Source: an uncultured virus (IMG/VR IMGVR_UViG_3300017913_002196)
Taxonomy: Duplodnaviria; Heunggongvirae; Uroviricota; Caudoviricetes
Length of the DNA: 64,000 nt
Direction: 5' to 3' (one strand)
Virus record (IMG/VR): IMGVR_UViG_3300017913_002196
Positions 48,276 through 58,464 of the stretch are shown here, piece after piece. Below the pieces are notes generated by a model, which saw only the letters and a list, made by a program, of their open reading frames with translations, was not told the DNA's origin and ran no database searches. Every line of letters starts with the position of its first letter. Position 1 is the stretch's first letter. The position numbers and the translations under genes are program-made.

Positions 48276-49306
48276 ACATCCATACTCATAGCTTCATCAT
48301 ATATTTCTATCATAAGCTTTTTTATTGATTCTTTATTATTTTGTGTAGCTACATCATCAATATAATCTTGTATAAGATCAGTAGTAGAGGAGACTGTAAT
48401 AAGGTCTCTAACATTCTCTTGATTATATTCTTCGAATGATTCTACTATCTTAACTTCAAACGGTGCTTGAAAATTAACCTTATCTACAAAACGTTCAAAG
48501 TCTTCGAAGCTTGTCTTCTTCTTAATATTAATCTTAACATATGAATCGTTTAGTTGTTCTAGTGGATAGTCACAGCCGTCATTCCAAGTTAATCTATGGA
48601 AGTAACGATATGTATTCTCAATAAACTCCCAAGAACGATCCGTAGTGTCAAAGATCCAAAACCCTTGTTTAACTAGAGCATCAGTCCACATTAACTGATA
48701 AGGTATACCAATATAGTGTATATTTTCTATTTTATTTTGTGCATGATAGTGACCGGATATAACTTCTTTCCAGTTCTTAAACTGAGTGGGTTTATAGCCA
48801 TCGTCAGATAATCTACCAGGGAATAAAACTGCACCTTGAGTCTCTAAATGACCCACTAATAAGTCCCCACCTTTGTTAATGACTTCTGTTATCTCTTCAT
48901 AGTTCTCTTTACATACCCAAGGAATGAAAGTAATATCAATACCATCAAAGTTAATTACCTTTGCTTCACTATAATAGTTCATATGAGGTTCAGTAAGTAT
49001 CTGTTGAGGTGAGTTCATATTAAGTGAATGACGCAAAGGGATATCATGATTACCAATAATACCATGAACAGTAACACCTAACTCAGCAGCCACATCTACA
49101 AAAACTCTCTTTTGAAAAGACATCGTCTGTAGATTAATCCATTTGCGGTTATCAAAATAATCACCAGTTTGTATTACTGTCTTAATATTATGTTCTTTAA
49201 TATAAGGCCAGAATATTTTGTCTAAGAATAACTCTTGATGTCTTTGAATAACTTGATTAGAGTTACGACACCCGAAATGAGTGTCGCCTAAGAACGCAAT
49301 TTTCAT
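48272..49306 (-). CDS. 47: Recombination endonuclease subunit gp47 (Mre11/SbcD-like)
   Basis: GDTHFG, GDYFD.RK, GNHD, GHLE, SGHYH. Confidence 0.96.
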   Translation of the reverse strand: MKIAFLGDTHFGCRNSNQVIQRHQELFLDKIFWPYIKEHNIKTVIQTGDYFDNRKWINLQTMSFQKRVFVDVAAELGVTVHGIIGNHDIPLRHSLNMNSPQQILTEPHMNYYSEAKVINFDGIDITFIPWVCKENYEEITEVINKGGDLLVGHLETQGAVLFPGRLSDDGYKPTQFKNWKEVISGHYHAQNKIENIHYIGIPYQLMWTDALVKQGFWIFDTTDRSWEFIENTYRYFHRLTWNDGCDYPLEQLNDSYVKINIKKKTSFEDFERFVDKVNFQAPFEVKIVESFEEYNQENVRDLITVSSTTDLIQDYIDDVATQNNKESIKKLMIEIYDEAMSMDV

Positions 49307-49902
49307 TTTTTACCTTTCTTTGGTCTTAGTGGTGTACCACCTTTGTATGCTTCTCTTGACTCTTTTGTATAACCTGTACGTAAAGAAAAACCACCTTTAC
49401 CTTTTTCTACTTTCTGGTTTTGTAGTTCATCTAGTTTTTGATCTGCAATAGCTCTTGCATGCTCATTTGCTACGTCATGAAATTCATTACTATCGATAAC
49501 ATTTACTTCTGCTTCCTGAATAAGTCTAAGGTTAAGTTCATACTTCTTTTTCTCATTCTTAATAGTCTGAATCATATGACTGAATAGTATTTGTGTTACA
49601 TATGCAAACCCGTTGTCAAAACGTTCTCCATCGAAGCGGTACATATATTTCATAGCACCTAGAATAGCATTTTGTACCATTTCATCTCTATACATATAAC
49701 CCTTAAAGCGAGGTGTAAGAGATAATCTATTAGACATTTTATATACACACTCACCTAAGTAACGAGACATAACAGGTCGTTCTTTACCCTCTGCTAATGC
49801 CTTCTTACATTGCTGAGCATACTCATCTAATGCTAAAGTAAAGTCATGATTATTAACATAATGCTCGTCACCGGGCTTTTGTCTAGTTCTTTTTTGTGTC
49901 AT
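49303..49902 (-). CDS. 55: Late-transcription sigma factor gp55
   Basis: HYVNN, YLGEC, F.GYMYRDEM, FAY.TQI, I.NEKK. Confidence 0.94.
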   Translation of the reverse strand: MTQKRTRQKPGDEHYVNNHDFTLALDEYAQQCKKALAEGKERPVMSRYLGECVYKMSNRLSLTPRFKGYMYRDEMVQNAILGAMKYMYRFDGERFDNGFAYVTQILFSHMIQTIKNEKKKYELNLRLIQEAEVNVIDSNEFHDVANEHARAIADQKLDELQNQKVEKGKGGFSLRTGYTKESREAYKGGTPLRPKKGKK

Positions 49903-51362
49903 AGATCAATTGTATTGATTTTATAATCAAATTCCTCTGTGGTATAATACTTAAATCGTTCGTTAGAATGTCTTAGAGCAAAATTATCTCTTGATTTATA
50001 TTTTAGATCATCTATAATATCAAATACAGTAGCTTGTTGACCGTTATCTGACTTACGTAAAATTCTACCTATAGATTGTAATACTTTAATCTTCGACTTA
50101 GTAGGATGAGCAAAGATTAGATTATGTAGGTTGCGTATGTTAACTCCTGTAGAGAACACACCAAGAGACGCAACAATAACTACATCGTTATTTTCTGCCA
50201 TTTGTCTTACCGCTTCTCTACTTTCTTTATCTGTTTCGCCTGCGACATAATAAAGTTGTTTTTCTGTCTCTATGTTATCGAATAGATCTTTACCATGTTC
50301 TAGTCTTTGAAAAACAACTAACGTATTACCAGGTAAGGTTCCCGCCATCTTAGATATGAGTTTATTACGTTTATCATGACTTACAATAAACTCTACTTCG
50401 TCATTATAAGACATATCTTTTACTTTTTTACGATCTTCATCTTGGTAACGTAGCTGTAATAATCTTATATTCATCTGTGATACTTGATCACGTTCCATAA
50501 GCTCTTTAGTTGTAATCATCTTATGTATGGAACCGAAAAGACCTTTGAGTACTAATTCGTGGGTCTTAGTATCTTGCAATGTACCTGTAAGACCTACTCT
50601 ATCAGGACATATAAGCATCTTATTCATAATAGATTGTATAGACTTTGATTGTGCATGATGTACTTCATCTACTACAATAGAACCAAATTTTGCGAACCAA
50701 GAAGCAGGTTGTTTATAAACTGACTGCCAGGTTGATATGACAACTCTTTGATATGAGTCTTTAGGAGTACCACCTGTAACACCATGCATATCGTTGAACT
50801 TACCGTTAGAGTAATCTAAGAAGTCTGTAAACAATTGACCCACTAATGATATTGTAGGTACAATTATAAGTATCTTTCTATCATGTGTCTCTAACCACCA
50901 TCTTATCAATGCGTATATAATAAGAGACTTACCTGAAGCGGTTGGTGATAGAAGTAAACATCTTTGTTTATGTATTGCTGTCTTAAACGCTTCTATCTGA
51001 TAATCTCTCATTTGAATTGGTTTGTTATTCGAATGAGGGTTAAGTACTTTTAGAAACTCATCTAAAAAACTATCATCAGCTATTTGTTCTCTACCAGGAA
51101 AATCATACTTGCTACCTTCGAAGAAACATTCTACATCCATGTCTTTTGCAAACTTAGTAATGTCACCAGTTAAGCCAGCATAGATAGTACTATCTCTAAG
51201 GTTAGCGAGTCTTATCTTACCATCCCAGAACTTATTTCTAAACTGAGGTGTAAACTCTGCACCTGGTACTTTAAATGTAAAATAGTCACTTAACATTCTT
51301 AGGTCACTTTTGTCACCTTCGAACTCTAAGTATACATCATTCTTTTTACGAAATGTTATCAT
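49899..51362 (-). CDS. uvsW: DNA helicase UvsW
   Basis: WDGKIRL, RDYQ, SPTASGKSLI, DEVH, GLTGT, QSIGR. Confidence 0.96.
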   Translation of the reverse strand: MITFRKKNDVYLEFEGDKSDLRMLSDYFTFKVPGAEFTPQFRNKFWDGKIRLANLRDSTIYAGLTGDITKFAKDMDVECFFEGSKYDFPGREQIADDSFLDEFLKVLNPHSNNKPIQMRDYQIEAFKTAIHKQRCLLLSPTASGKSLIIYALIRWWLETHDRKILIIVPTISLVGQLFTDFLDYSNGKFNDMHGVTGGTPKDSYQRVVISTWQSVYKQPASWFAKFGSIVVDEVHHAQSKSIQSIMNKMLICPDRVGLTGTLQDTKTHELVLKGLFGSIHKMITTKELMERDQVSQMNIRLLQLRYQDEDRKKVKDMSYNDEVEFIVSHDKRNKLISKMAGTLPGNTLVVFQRLEHGKDLFDNIETEKQLYYVAGETDKESREAVRQMAENNDVVIVASLGVFSTGVNIRNLHNLIFAHPTKSKIKVLQSIGRILRKSDNGQQATVFDIIDDLKYKSRDNFALRHSNERFKYYTTEEFDYKINTIDL

Positions 51363-51793
51363 AGACTGCCAGAAGTAAATCTTGCCCAATCAATAGCATT
51401 TTTTATTGATTGATTTCTCCACTTGATTTGTTCTAATATATGATTGAGACCTTCAAGTAGAATATTTATATACTCTATTCTCTGTTCTAGCTGCACAACT
51501 TCTGGATCAGTATTAACATGTTTGTCAATACCTGCTTTTGTCTTTAGTTTGAGATCGAAAGGTTTTTCTTTATAGACATCAGCAGTTGCTTGACCAGAGT
51601 AATAGAGTTCTTTCTCCTTCTTAAGATTTTCTATCTTGTGAGAGAAAGCTATCTTTTTTGCTTTAAGATCCATAAGCATAGAAAGATATTTATGATGTAG
51701 TTTAGGAGCATCTGTAGCTGCAGTATCTAGCGCTGTCTTATCTATAGGTGCATCTTCTTCCCACATAGATAAAAGTTGCTCATGAGTCAACAT
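51359..51793 (-). CDS. uvsY: Recombination mediator UvsY
   Basis: W..D..ID..PKLH.KY..YYSG..PF..IKNAIDW..F.SG. Confidence 0.92.
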   Translation of the reverse strand: MLTHEQLLSMWEEDAPIDKTALDTAATDAPKLHHKYLSMLMDLKAKKIAFSHKIENLKKEKELYYSGQATADVYKEKPFDLKLKTKAGIDKHVNTDPEVVQLEQRIEYINILLEGLNHILEQIKWRNQSIKNAIDWARFTSGSL

Positions 51794-51830
51794 AATTCTT
51801 AACCTTCCATACGAATCTCAACATGTCTAT

Positions 51831-51838
51831 TATAAATA
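51831..51838 (+). promoter_or_regulatory. Late promoter TATAAATA upstream of phoH
   Basis: Exact consensus match. Confidence 0.6.
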
Positions 51839-51929
51839 GTTTAATGGTAAAGTTCTTTACTATCCTTTCAAACCACTCCCAGCCATTCTGGCTAAGGGAG
51901 TCTTTTTATTTTCAACAGGAGAAAATTAC

Positions 51930-52616
51930 ATGGCACGTGCTAAAAAGAAAGACAGTTTCGTGAAAGAGATACAGTCTTCAGCAGCATTTCACATTCAACC
52001 TAAAAATCCAACTCAACAGTACTTACTAGATTGTATTGATCAATCTGTAATGACTATTTGTATTGGACCTGCAGGGACCGGCAAAACGTTCTGCTCTGGT
52101 ATGAAGGCCGCACAGTTAATTTTAAAAGGAGGTTATGATAAGATTGTGCTCACTAGACCTAATGTATCTACAGGAAGATCATTAGGATATTTTCCAGGGT
52201 CAGTAGAAGAAAAAATGACCCCGTGGCTCAAACCTATCATGAATGTCCTTCAAGAAGGATTAGGTAAAGGTAGATATGACTATATGGTATCTAAAAGTCA
52301 GATAGTTGTACAACCTATAGAGACTATTAGAGGTAATTCATTTGAAGATTGTATTATCATTGTAGATGAATCTCAAAACCTTAATATGTCAGAGATTAAA
52401 GCTATTACAACTCGTATTGGTGAAAACTCTAAACTTATTATGCTTGGCGATCCGGCTCAATCAGATGTACATGACGGAGAAGATCTAGACGATTTTGTTG
52501 AGATGTGTCATCACTATGGAATAGAAGCACCAATTGTAAGGTTTACTACCGATCATATTGTTCGATCGGATATAGTTGCTCAATTAGTAAAGATGTTTGC
52601 TAGAAATAAGATATAA
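51930..52616 (+). CDS. phoH: PhoH-family ATPase
   Basis: GPAGTGKT, LGYFPGS.EEKM.PW, RGNSF, DESQN, TRIGENS, GDPAQSD, VRS. Confidence 0.96.
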   Translation: MARAKKKDSFVKEIQSSAAFHIQPKNPTQQYLLDCIDQSVMTICIGPAGTGKTFCSGMKAAQLILKGGYDKIVLTRPNVSTGRSLGYFPGSVEEKMTPWLKPIMNVLQEGLGKGRYDYMVSKSQIVVQPIETIRGNSFEDCIIIVDESQNLNMSEIKAITTRIGENSKLIMLGDPAQSDVHDGEDLDDFVEMCHHYGIEAPIVRFTTDHIVRSDIVAQLVKMFARNKI

Positions 52617-52617
52617 G

Positions 52618-52645
52618 AAAAAGGGGGCTTAAGCCCCCTTTTTTT
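52618..52645. terminator. Bidirectional intrinsic terminator
   Basis: AAAAAGGGGGCT-TA-AGCCCCCTTTTTTT between convergent genes. Confidence 0.85.
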
Positions 52646-53081
52646 AACCTGTTGTAAAGTCTTGTGCTATATTTCCGATATAATTTGTACCATCATAAAC
52701 AATAGTTACTGCATCAATTGCATTTGCATCAGTGCTTAATGTTGGATCACCACCAGGGAATTTAACATTGTTTGAACCGTCTGTAAAAGTGCCTGTTCTT
52801 GAACCAGTAGCGTCTTGAGTAATAATAATTGTCACAGAAGAACCTGTATCAAAACCACTCATTGTAAAAGTTGCGTTTGTGTCTAAAGTAACAGATTGAA
52901 TTGATCCGTCTTTCGGATCAATTGTAATTGATGAAGCAGAAGTCTTAGCTTGTACTTTTTCTTTAATACCACCTCTGAAATCAACTACTTTATCAAACTG
53001 TGATGCGTTAGCAACAGCTGGGTTAGCTAAATATGCTGCAAATTTTCTTGCTCTTGAAGTCCATGCGGTTCTAATTGCCAT
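52644..53081 (-). CDS. Putative virion/fibre-associated protein
   Basis: IITQDATGSRT..VKFPGG.PTLST.ANAID...YDG.NY motif of phage fibre C-terminal domains. Confidence 0.65.
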   Translation of the reverse strand: MAIRTAWTSRARKFAAYLANPAVANASQFDKVVDFRGGIKEKVQAKTSASSITIDPKDGSIQSVTLDTNATFTMSGFDTGSSVTIIITQDATGSRTGTFTDGSNNVKFPGGDPTLSTDANAIDAVTIVYDGTNYIGNIAQDFTTG

Positions 53082-53190
53082 GAGTGTTACTCCCTAATTT
53101 CTACTTTATTTATTATTTTTTAAAAATAGTCGTTACTTTTTCTTATAATCTGAACAGATGCCTGAGCTGTTCTAAGCCCCGGATACCATA

Positions 53191-53814
53191 TTAACTTTTA
53201 GCTTTCTTTCTTCTACCTTTACGCATATTTAATAACCAATGAGCTAACTGTTTCTTGCGAGGTGATGCAGATGAACTAGATCGTATCTTCTTAAGAGAAG
53301 AATCAGAACCTTTAGTATTAATTCCATGACGTTTACTATCACCTTTGTCTTGTGGGTTCTTTCCATCCATAAAATTTTCACCTACTTTATTTCTAAGAGC
53401 TCTTAACTGTTCTCTCTTTTTATTAAAAGCAGTTTGTCCACCAACCATTTTTTTAGCTCTTATACCGGTAGAAGTCTTCTGTCTTTGAAAATCATTAGTT
53501 CTCATATTAGAAACACCTGTACCGGTACTACCAGTCATTATTGCTTCACTAACATCATTCATCATATAATCTCTAGCAGTATCAATATAATCACAGGCTT
53601 TAGTAATCTTATTTTGTACCCATTCAGCCATGTTAGTGTTATCTTCTAACATGTTAATCAAATCATTTGCGTTTCGAATAATACCTCTTAATTGAGTCTT
53701 AGCCATCTCACCTTCATAGTCATATTCTCTTTCGTTAGATTCTTTTGACTCAGATCTAAGTTTAATATATTCTCTTCTTTGAGCTATTTTTTTATCTCTC
53801 ATATTACTTGGCAT
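53191..53814 (-). CDS. Modular hypothetical protein (possible internal head protein)
   Basis: EYDYEGEMAKTQL..EWVQ.KIT.A.DY module and ENFMDGKNPQDKG..AHW..NM module. Confidence 0.65.
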   Translation of the reverse strand: MPSNMRDKKIAQRREYIKLRSESKESNEREYDYEGEMAKTQLRGIIRNANDLINMLEDNTNMAEWVQNKITKACDYIDTARDYMMNDVSEAIMTGSTGTGVSNMRTNDFQRQKTSTGIRAKKMVGGQTAFNKKREQLRALRNKVGENFMDGKNPQDKGDSKRHGINTKGSDSSLKKIRSSSSASPRKKQLAHWLLNMRKGRRKKAKS

Positions 53815-53828
53815 AGCGACCCTTCTTT

Positions 53829-53878
53829 ATTATACTTATTATAAATTTACGAAATTATACTTATTATAAATTTACGAA
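53829..53878. repeat. Exact tandem duplication of a 25-bp unit
   Basis: ATTATACTTATTATAAATTTACGAA occurs twice in tandem. Confidence 0.9.
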
Positions 53879-53899
53879 GCTTATTCTTAATAGCTTTAT

Positions 53900-54241
53900 T
53901 TACCATTGTTTACAGCTCCAGTAACGAGCCTTTGTTTTAGGTCCAGGGTTATCACAGTTATGCCTAGCTCTAAAAGACTTTCTACGAGCTGGATTGTCAG
54001 CTTTAATTTCCATATTAGGATCACCAAAGTTAACTTTAACTACATTACCTTTTTCGTTCTTTACATACACTGAACGCTTTTTAGGTCCACCCGGAGTCAA
54101 AAATGGCTTGTTTAATTTTACATTTTTCTTTTTGCCACCATCTTCCTCATCAATGTATAAGGCATCTTCTTCAACTTCACCCCATTCATTAATTTGTGTC
54201 TTTACATTTTCGAATACATTATCACCGGTTAAGATGCTCAT
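53900..54241 (-). CDS. Conserved phage hypothetical protein
   Basis: VKLNKPF..KK..VYVKN..GNVVKVNFGDPNM..RRKSFRARHNC..ARYWSC..W. Confidence 0.85.
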   Translation of the reverse strand: MSILTGDNVFENVKTQINEWGEVEEDALYIDEEDGGKKKNVKLNKPFLTPGGPKKRSVYVKNEKGNVVKVNFGDPNMEIKADNPARRKSFRARHNCDNPGPKTKARYWSCKQW

Positions 54242-54250
54242 AGTTTACTC

Positions 54251-54832
54251 CTATAGTAAGTTATTATTAAGTCTACCATTTGTGTAGGTTTGATTTTCAA
54301 AGTATAAGTATCTAAATGATGCTGTACTTTTTACATATGTTATATCTTGATCAGCAGCATTGTATGTTGGTCCATCTAAACTAATAGGAAAACAATCAAC
54401 AAAATTCCAATGTACTAAAGGTTTGTTACCAGCATCACAACCAAATACAGTTATGTTAGAGGTAGTGTTTCTCCACCCTGTACTTCCAGTAGTATTAGTT
54501 GTATTAGTAAACTCATTATACTGTTCATGTTGTTCGGGATGATTAATAGCTTTTAACCATTCAAGTACCGTTCTATAATTAGTGAAGTCTTTATCCACTA
54601 AGAACTCAAAATCTAAAGATGAATAATCAACTCCATTACCAGGTAGAAAAGCTCTAACAGGGTTAAGTCTATTAGATAAAGGTACTTCACCTCCAGTTAC
54701 GTTTGGTATGTTTACTGATTGTATATTAAAAACTAGAGAAGGTAATGTCTCTGCAACAGCATAGAAATTTTGAGGAGCTACATATGAGAGCTCTGGTATT
54801 CTAGATGATACTGTACTATATGATACTGCCAT
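54251..54832 (-). CDS. 3: Tail tube terminator / gp3-like
   Basis: Q.VNIP, FLVD.D..NY...WL, F.DCFPISL, F.Y; downstream of gp23. Confidence 0.82.
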   Translation of the reverse strand: MAVSYSTVSSRIPELSYVAPQNFYAVAETLPSLVFNIQSVNIPNVTGGEVPLSNRLNPVRAFLPGNGVDYSSLDFEFLVDKDFTNYRTVLEWLKAINHPEQHEQYNEFTNTTNTTGSTGWRNTTSNITVFGCDAGNKPLVHWNFVDCFPISLDGPTYNAADQDITYVKSTASFRYLYFENQTYTNGRLNNNLL

Positions 54833-54844
54833 ATTCTATTTATT

Positions 54845-54874
54845 AAAAAAAGAGGCAGCCGAAGCTGCCTCTTT
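54845..54874 (-). terminator. Terminator after gp23
   Basis: AGAGGCAGC-TTCG-GCTGCCTCT plus U-run (cUUCGg loop). Confidence 0.9.
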
Positions 54875-54895
54875 GTTATCGTTGTATCTAAACGT

Positions 54896-56386
54896 TTACA
54901 CGTTGTCGATACGGAACTTACGATAGTAAACGTTAGTATTATGAGCTGCCAAGCCTTGTGACTGTACTGCTGCAGAACCCTGTGAGAATGGATTTGAAAC
55001 CATACCGTAACGAGTCTTGAAGCCAATCTTTGGCTGGAATGTCTCTTGTGCAACTGCACGTACCATCTGTAGTGGTACGTATGGGCAGTAGAACATACCT
55101 GCGTCCATGTTGTTTGCACCCTTATAACCAACAACAGCATAATCGCCATTAGTTGCATATGGGTCAACATACACTTTCATGCGTCCGTTCAATGTACCTG
55201 CAAATACACCTGATGTCACATCAACGTTTAAGTTGTCTGACAAGCCTGATGAATAGTCTAAAAGACCAGCCATTGTCAAGCTAGATGCTACGTTTGCAGA
55301 ACAAAGTACGAAATTACCTTTACCGCGGCGTGTTTCGAAAGCAATTTTGTTTGCTTCTTTCTCAAGCTGCAACATAAGGCCTTTCTGACGCTCAACTGAC
55401 CAACGGCCTTGACCATCTGCAATCAAGTCAAAGATACCATCGTTTGTTAAACCGTCTGCACCATACTTAGCTTGGCTAATCATAGTACGTACTACTTCAC
55501 GGTTAATTTCAGCAAGAATTTCTGTTGACAAAATGTTTGACAATTCTGCTTCTGCATCCAAACCATGAACTGCTTTAAGGTCTTGAACCAATTCCATGGT
55601 GTATTCACTCTTGAGCGCACGTGTCTTTGCTTCAACAGCTGTACGTTCAATTGTGAATGACATTTCACGGAAGTTATCCCCTTCACCTTCTCTGGTTGTC
55701 ATACCAAATGGTGTTGTGCCTGCTGAAGACATACCTGATGGTACATAACCTGTGTTAAGTGCTGGGTCAGCTGTTACTGTGTCAACGAATGGATCGTTAA
55801 CAGGTGTAACTGAGTTGTCTGTGTAAGCTTCTGATTCAGCTGCTGTTGAACCGTCTGACTTTGAACGTGATGGTGAGAATGGATTCCCTGAAGTATCTTC
55901 ATTGGTACCTGCAGCATGTGTTCCTGGCTGACCAGTGTTAAATGCTGTACCAGAGAAGTTCGGGAATACTTCATCATAGAATGCTTCTAATCCGAGATCA
56001 CCTGCACCTGGTTCGTTGTTGTTATTGTAACGTGCACGTAATGCGAAGATCAAACCTGTCGGAGCTGACATTGGCTGAACACCACATAAATCGAATGCCA
56101 TCATCTGTGGCATTGCACGGCGGACCAATGAGATAATGATTGGATCATAACCTGCACGGCCTGTAGCATTGATGGTTGCGTTTGTACCTGCGCCTGAGAA
56201 TGCGCCACCGAATGCTGCACCAGAAACTGATGCTTCATCGATAATACCTGCCTCTTCCTTCAATGCCTTTTCTGTGTTTTCGAGGACCTGAGCAACAACC
56301 GCTTTACGATCACGATCCTGAATTGGATCTAGATCTTCGTGGCTGATTACTGGTGCCCATTTTTCCATAAGGACATCGGTTGACAT
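54896..56386 (-). CDS. 23: Major capsid protein gp23
   Basis: DP..ISLVRR.MP, GVQPM..PTGLIFA, RALK.EYTMEL.QDLKAVHGLDAE.EL, YCPYVPL, GFKTRYG. Confidence 0.99.
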   Translation of the reverse strand: MSTDVLMEKWAPVISHEDLDPIQDRDRKAVVAQVLENTEKALKEEAGIIDEASVSGAAFGGAFSGAGTNATINATGRAGYDPIIISLVRRAMPQMMAFDLCGVQPMSAPTGLIFALRARYNNNNEPGAGDLGLEAFYDEVFPNFSGTAFNTGQPGTHAAGTNEDTSGNPFSPSRSKSDGSTAAESEAYTDNSVTPVNDPFVDTVTADPALNTGYVPSGMSSAGTTPFGMTTREGEGDNFREMSFTIERTAVEAKTRALKSEYTMELVQDLKAVHGLDAEAELSNILSTEILAEINREVVRTMISQAKYGADGLTNDGIFDLIADGQGRWSVERQKGLMLQLEKEANKIAFETRRGKGNFVLCSANVASSLTMAGLLDYSSGLSDNLNVDVTSGVFAGTLNGRMKVYVDPYATNGDYAVVGYKGANNMDAGMFYCPYVPLQMVRAVAQETFQPKIGFKTRYGMVSNPFSQGSAAVQSQGLAAHNTNVYYRKFRIDNV

Positions 56387-56455
56387 TGTATTTCTCCTTC
56401 AAAAAATTTTAATAATGTCTAATTTTTCTTAATTATTTAATACTCTTCAATTTTC

Positions 56456-58435
56456 TTAATTATTCACAGTCTTTGAAAGGAACTTCGCATACTGCGATAC
56501 AGTACTGTCATCTTCTTCGATAACTGTACCACCGAATACTTCCTCACTCAATGAGCTAAGAAGTGGTTGCTCAGATGATTCGTTGAAATAGCCCTCTTTA
56601 AGCTGCTCTACTTTATATCTGAACTCTTCGATGTCATCTGCTTCAACATTTTCAGACAAGTTTTCTAAGCGGATCTTTTGTGTCTGAGTTAAGTCGTTGC
56701 TGACTTCATCTACGATTTCTTTTCTTTTGATTTCCAAAAGTTCTCTCTTAGCTGACTCAAGCTCACCTGCTTGCTCATCTAACTGCTCTTTATATGATTC
56801 AACTGCTTCAGTTAACTCATCAACAACAGATACTTCTTCTTCTGGAATATCAATAAAGTTAGATTCAAATACTGTCTTCATTTCGCGAATAAAGTTTTCA
56901 GCAATTTCAGTTCTTAATGAGTATTTGATCTCTAACTGATTTTCTTCTAACCATTCATTAACTACATAGTCAACATACTGGTCAACTTTTTCGTTAATCT
57001 TTTTAACTTCTTCTTCTAATTCATCAGCGTATTTAGCTTCAATTTCTTCAGCTAACTTATTAGCCTTTTCATTGACTGCTGTTTCAAAGATAACAGAAGC
57101 TTTTTCTTTAAAGTCTTCATCAAGATCTTCCATTAACTCATCCGCATCTTCCTTAACAGGGCCTTTTGGATTAGCTTTAGTTGGAGTATCAATAGGATCT
57201 TTAGCTTGATCATGAGCACCTTCACCAGGATTACCACCTTTAGAAGTAGGCTCATTTTTACCTTTCTCTTCTTTAGGACGTTTGTCTTCATTTTCAGCAG
57301 AAGATGGTGCAGCTTCTAACTTTTCACCAGTTGCTTCTTCTACTTCTTCTTCTGACTCTTCTTTAGCCATAGCTTTCTTAATAGCTTTGTCTTTATTGTC
57401 CATATACTCTTTATCATCTGGCTCATCTACACCATCACCATCCATGTCACCTTTATCTTTTGCTTCAGTGACTTCTTGATAATGAGCTTCGATTTCTGCT
57501 TGCTCTTCTTCAGTCAAGTTAGAATAGAAATCATGGAACTCTTCTTCTGTAAGACCTTCGATCTTATCCCAGTCCCATTCCATTTCTTCTTCTACAGATT
57601 CTTTAGCTTCTTCTTCATCATCGTCGTCATCGTCATCATCTTTTTCGTGATCATCTTTAGAAGCCTCTTCTACTGACTCATCAGTTTCTTCTTTATCATC
57701 GTCTTCATCATCGTCATCAGAATCATCTTCTTCTTTCATGTTCTTCATTGACTCTTTTTCATCGTCTGGAATATGATCATCATTAGCATTCTTTTTTACA
57801 GTTGTGTCTTGTGCTTCTTCGATCTCGTCTTCTTCCACTACAACAGAATCATAACGCTCTTTAAACTCAGCTAACTCTTCTTCTGTTAACGAATCAACTA
57901 ACTCCTGGAAATCATCTTCAGAAAGGTTATCAATCTTATCCCAATCCCATTCCATTGTTTCTGCATCTTCGTCCATAGCTTGATTATGAGGACCTTTGTT
58001 AGCTTCAACTTCAGCTGAAGCGTCAGAAGGTAATGCATTCTTACCATCTTTCTTAGGACCTACATCTTTATCACCACCACCATCGATAGCAGCACCTTTT
58101 TCTGAACCTAAAACTTCTTTAGAATTATCTGATGCGCTAGAAGCAATCTTACCTTTGTTCATATCACCGACGTCTTTATCACCGCCTGCGTCAATAGCAG
58201 CACCTTTTTCAGAACCAATAACCTCAGATGAATTATCACCTTCTTGATCTGACTTAGGCTTAGCTGTATCAGTAAGTTTATTAGCTGCAAGAGACTTATC
58301 AGTCTTGTCCTGCGCTTCGTCTACCTGATCTTCTTCACTCATTTTGTTTTGAGGGTTTCTAACTTTTTTAGGTGCAGTCATATCCGCTTCTAAAAGCTCC
58401 TCAATAACATCAATTAAACCGTTATTCTTTTCCAT
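56456..58435 (-). CDS. 22: Prohead core scaffold gp22 with a long acidic, repetitive N-terminal extension
   Basis: C-terminal FKEKASVIFETAV..YVV.EW..EN; lies between gp21 and gp23; GGAG RBS before MEKNN. Confidence 0.9.
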   Translation of the reverse strand: MEKNNGLIDVIEELLEADMTAPKKVRNPQNKMSEEDQVDEAQDKTDKSLAANKLTDTAKPKSDQEGDNSSEVIGSEKGAAIDAGGDKDVGDMNKGKIASSASDNSKEVLGSEKGAAIDGGGDKDVGPKKDGKNALPSDASAEVEANKGPHNQAMDEDAETMEWDWDKIDNLSEDDFQELVDSLTEEELAEFKERYDSVVVEEDEIEEAQDTTVKKNANDDHIPDDEKESMKNMKEEDDSDDDDEDDDKEETDESVEEASKDDHEKDDDDDDDDEEEAKESVEEEMEWDWDKIEGLTEEEFHDFYSNLTEEEQAEIEAHYQEVTEAKDKGDMDGDGVDEPDDKEYMDNKDKAIKKAMAKEESEEEVEEATGEKLEAAPSSAENEDKRPKEEKGKNEPTSKGGNPGEGAHDQAKDPIDTPTKANPKGPVKEDADELMEDLDEDFKEKASVIFETAVNEKANKLAEEIEAKYADELEEEVKKINEKVDQYVDYVVNEWLEENQLEIKYSLRTEIAENFIREMKTVFESNFIDIPEEEVSVVDELTEAVESYKEQLDEQAGELESAKRELLEIKRKEIVDEVSNDLTQTQKIRLENLSENVEADDIEEFRYKVEQLKEGYFNESSEQPLLSSLSEEVFGGTVIEEDDSTVSQYAKFLSKTVNN

Positions 58436-58464
58436 TGTATTAAACTCCAATTAATTTATTTATA

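Noticed and set aside
53100..53190. Hairpin GAACAG-N9-CTGTTC and possible readthrough after 53191
   Set aside because: A single short stem and only 15 extra codons; insufficient evidence.
53829..53878. CRISPR-like array
   Set aside because: Two adjacent copies with no spacer and no cas genes.
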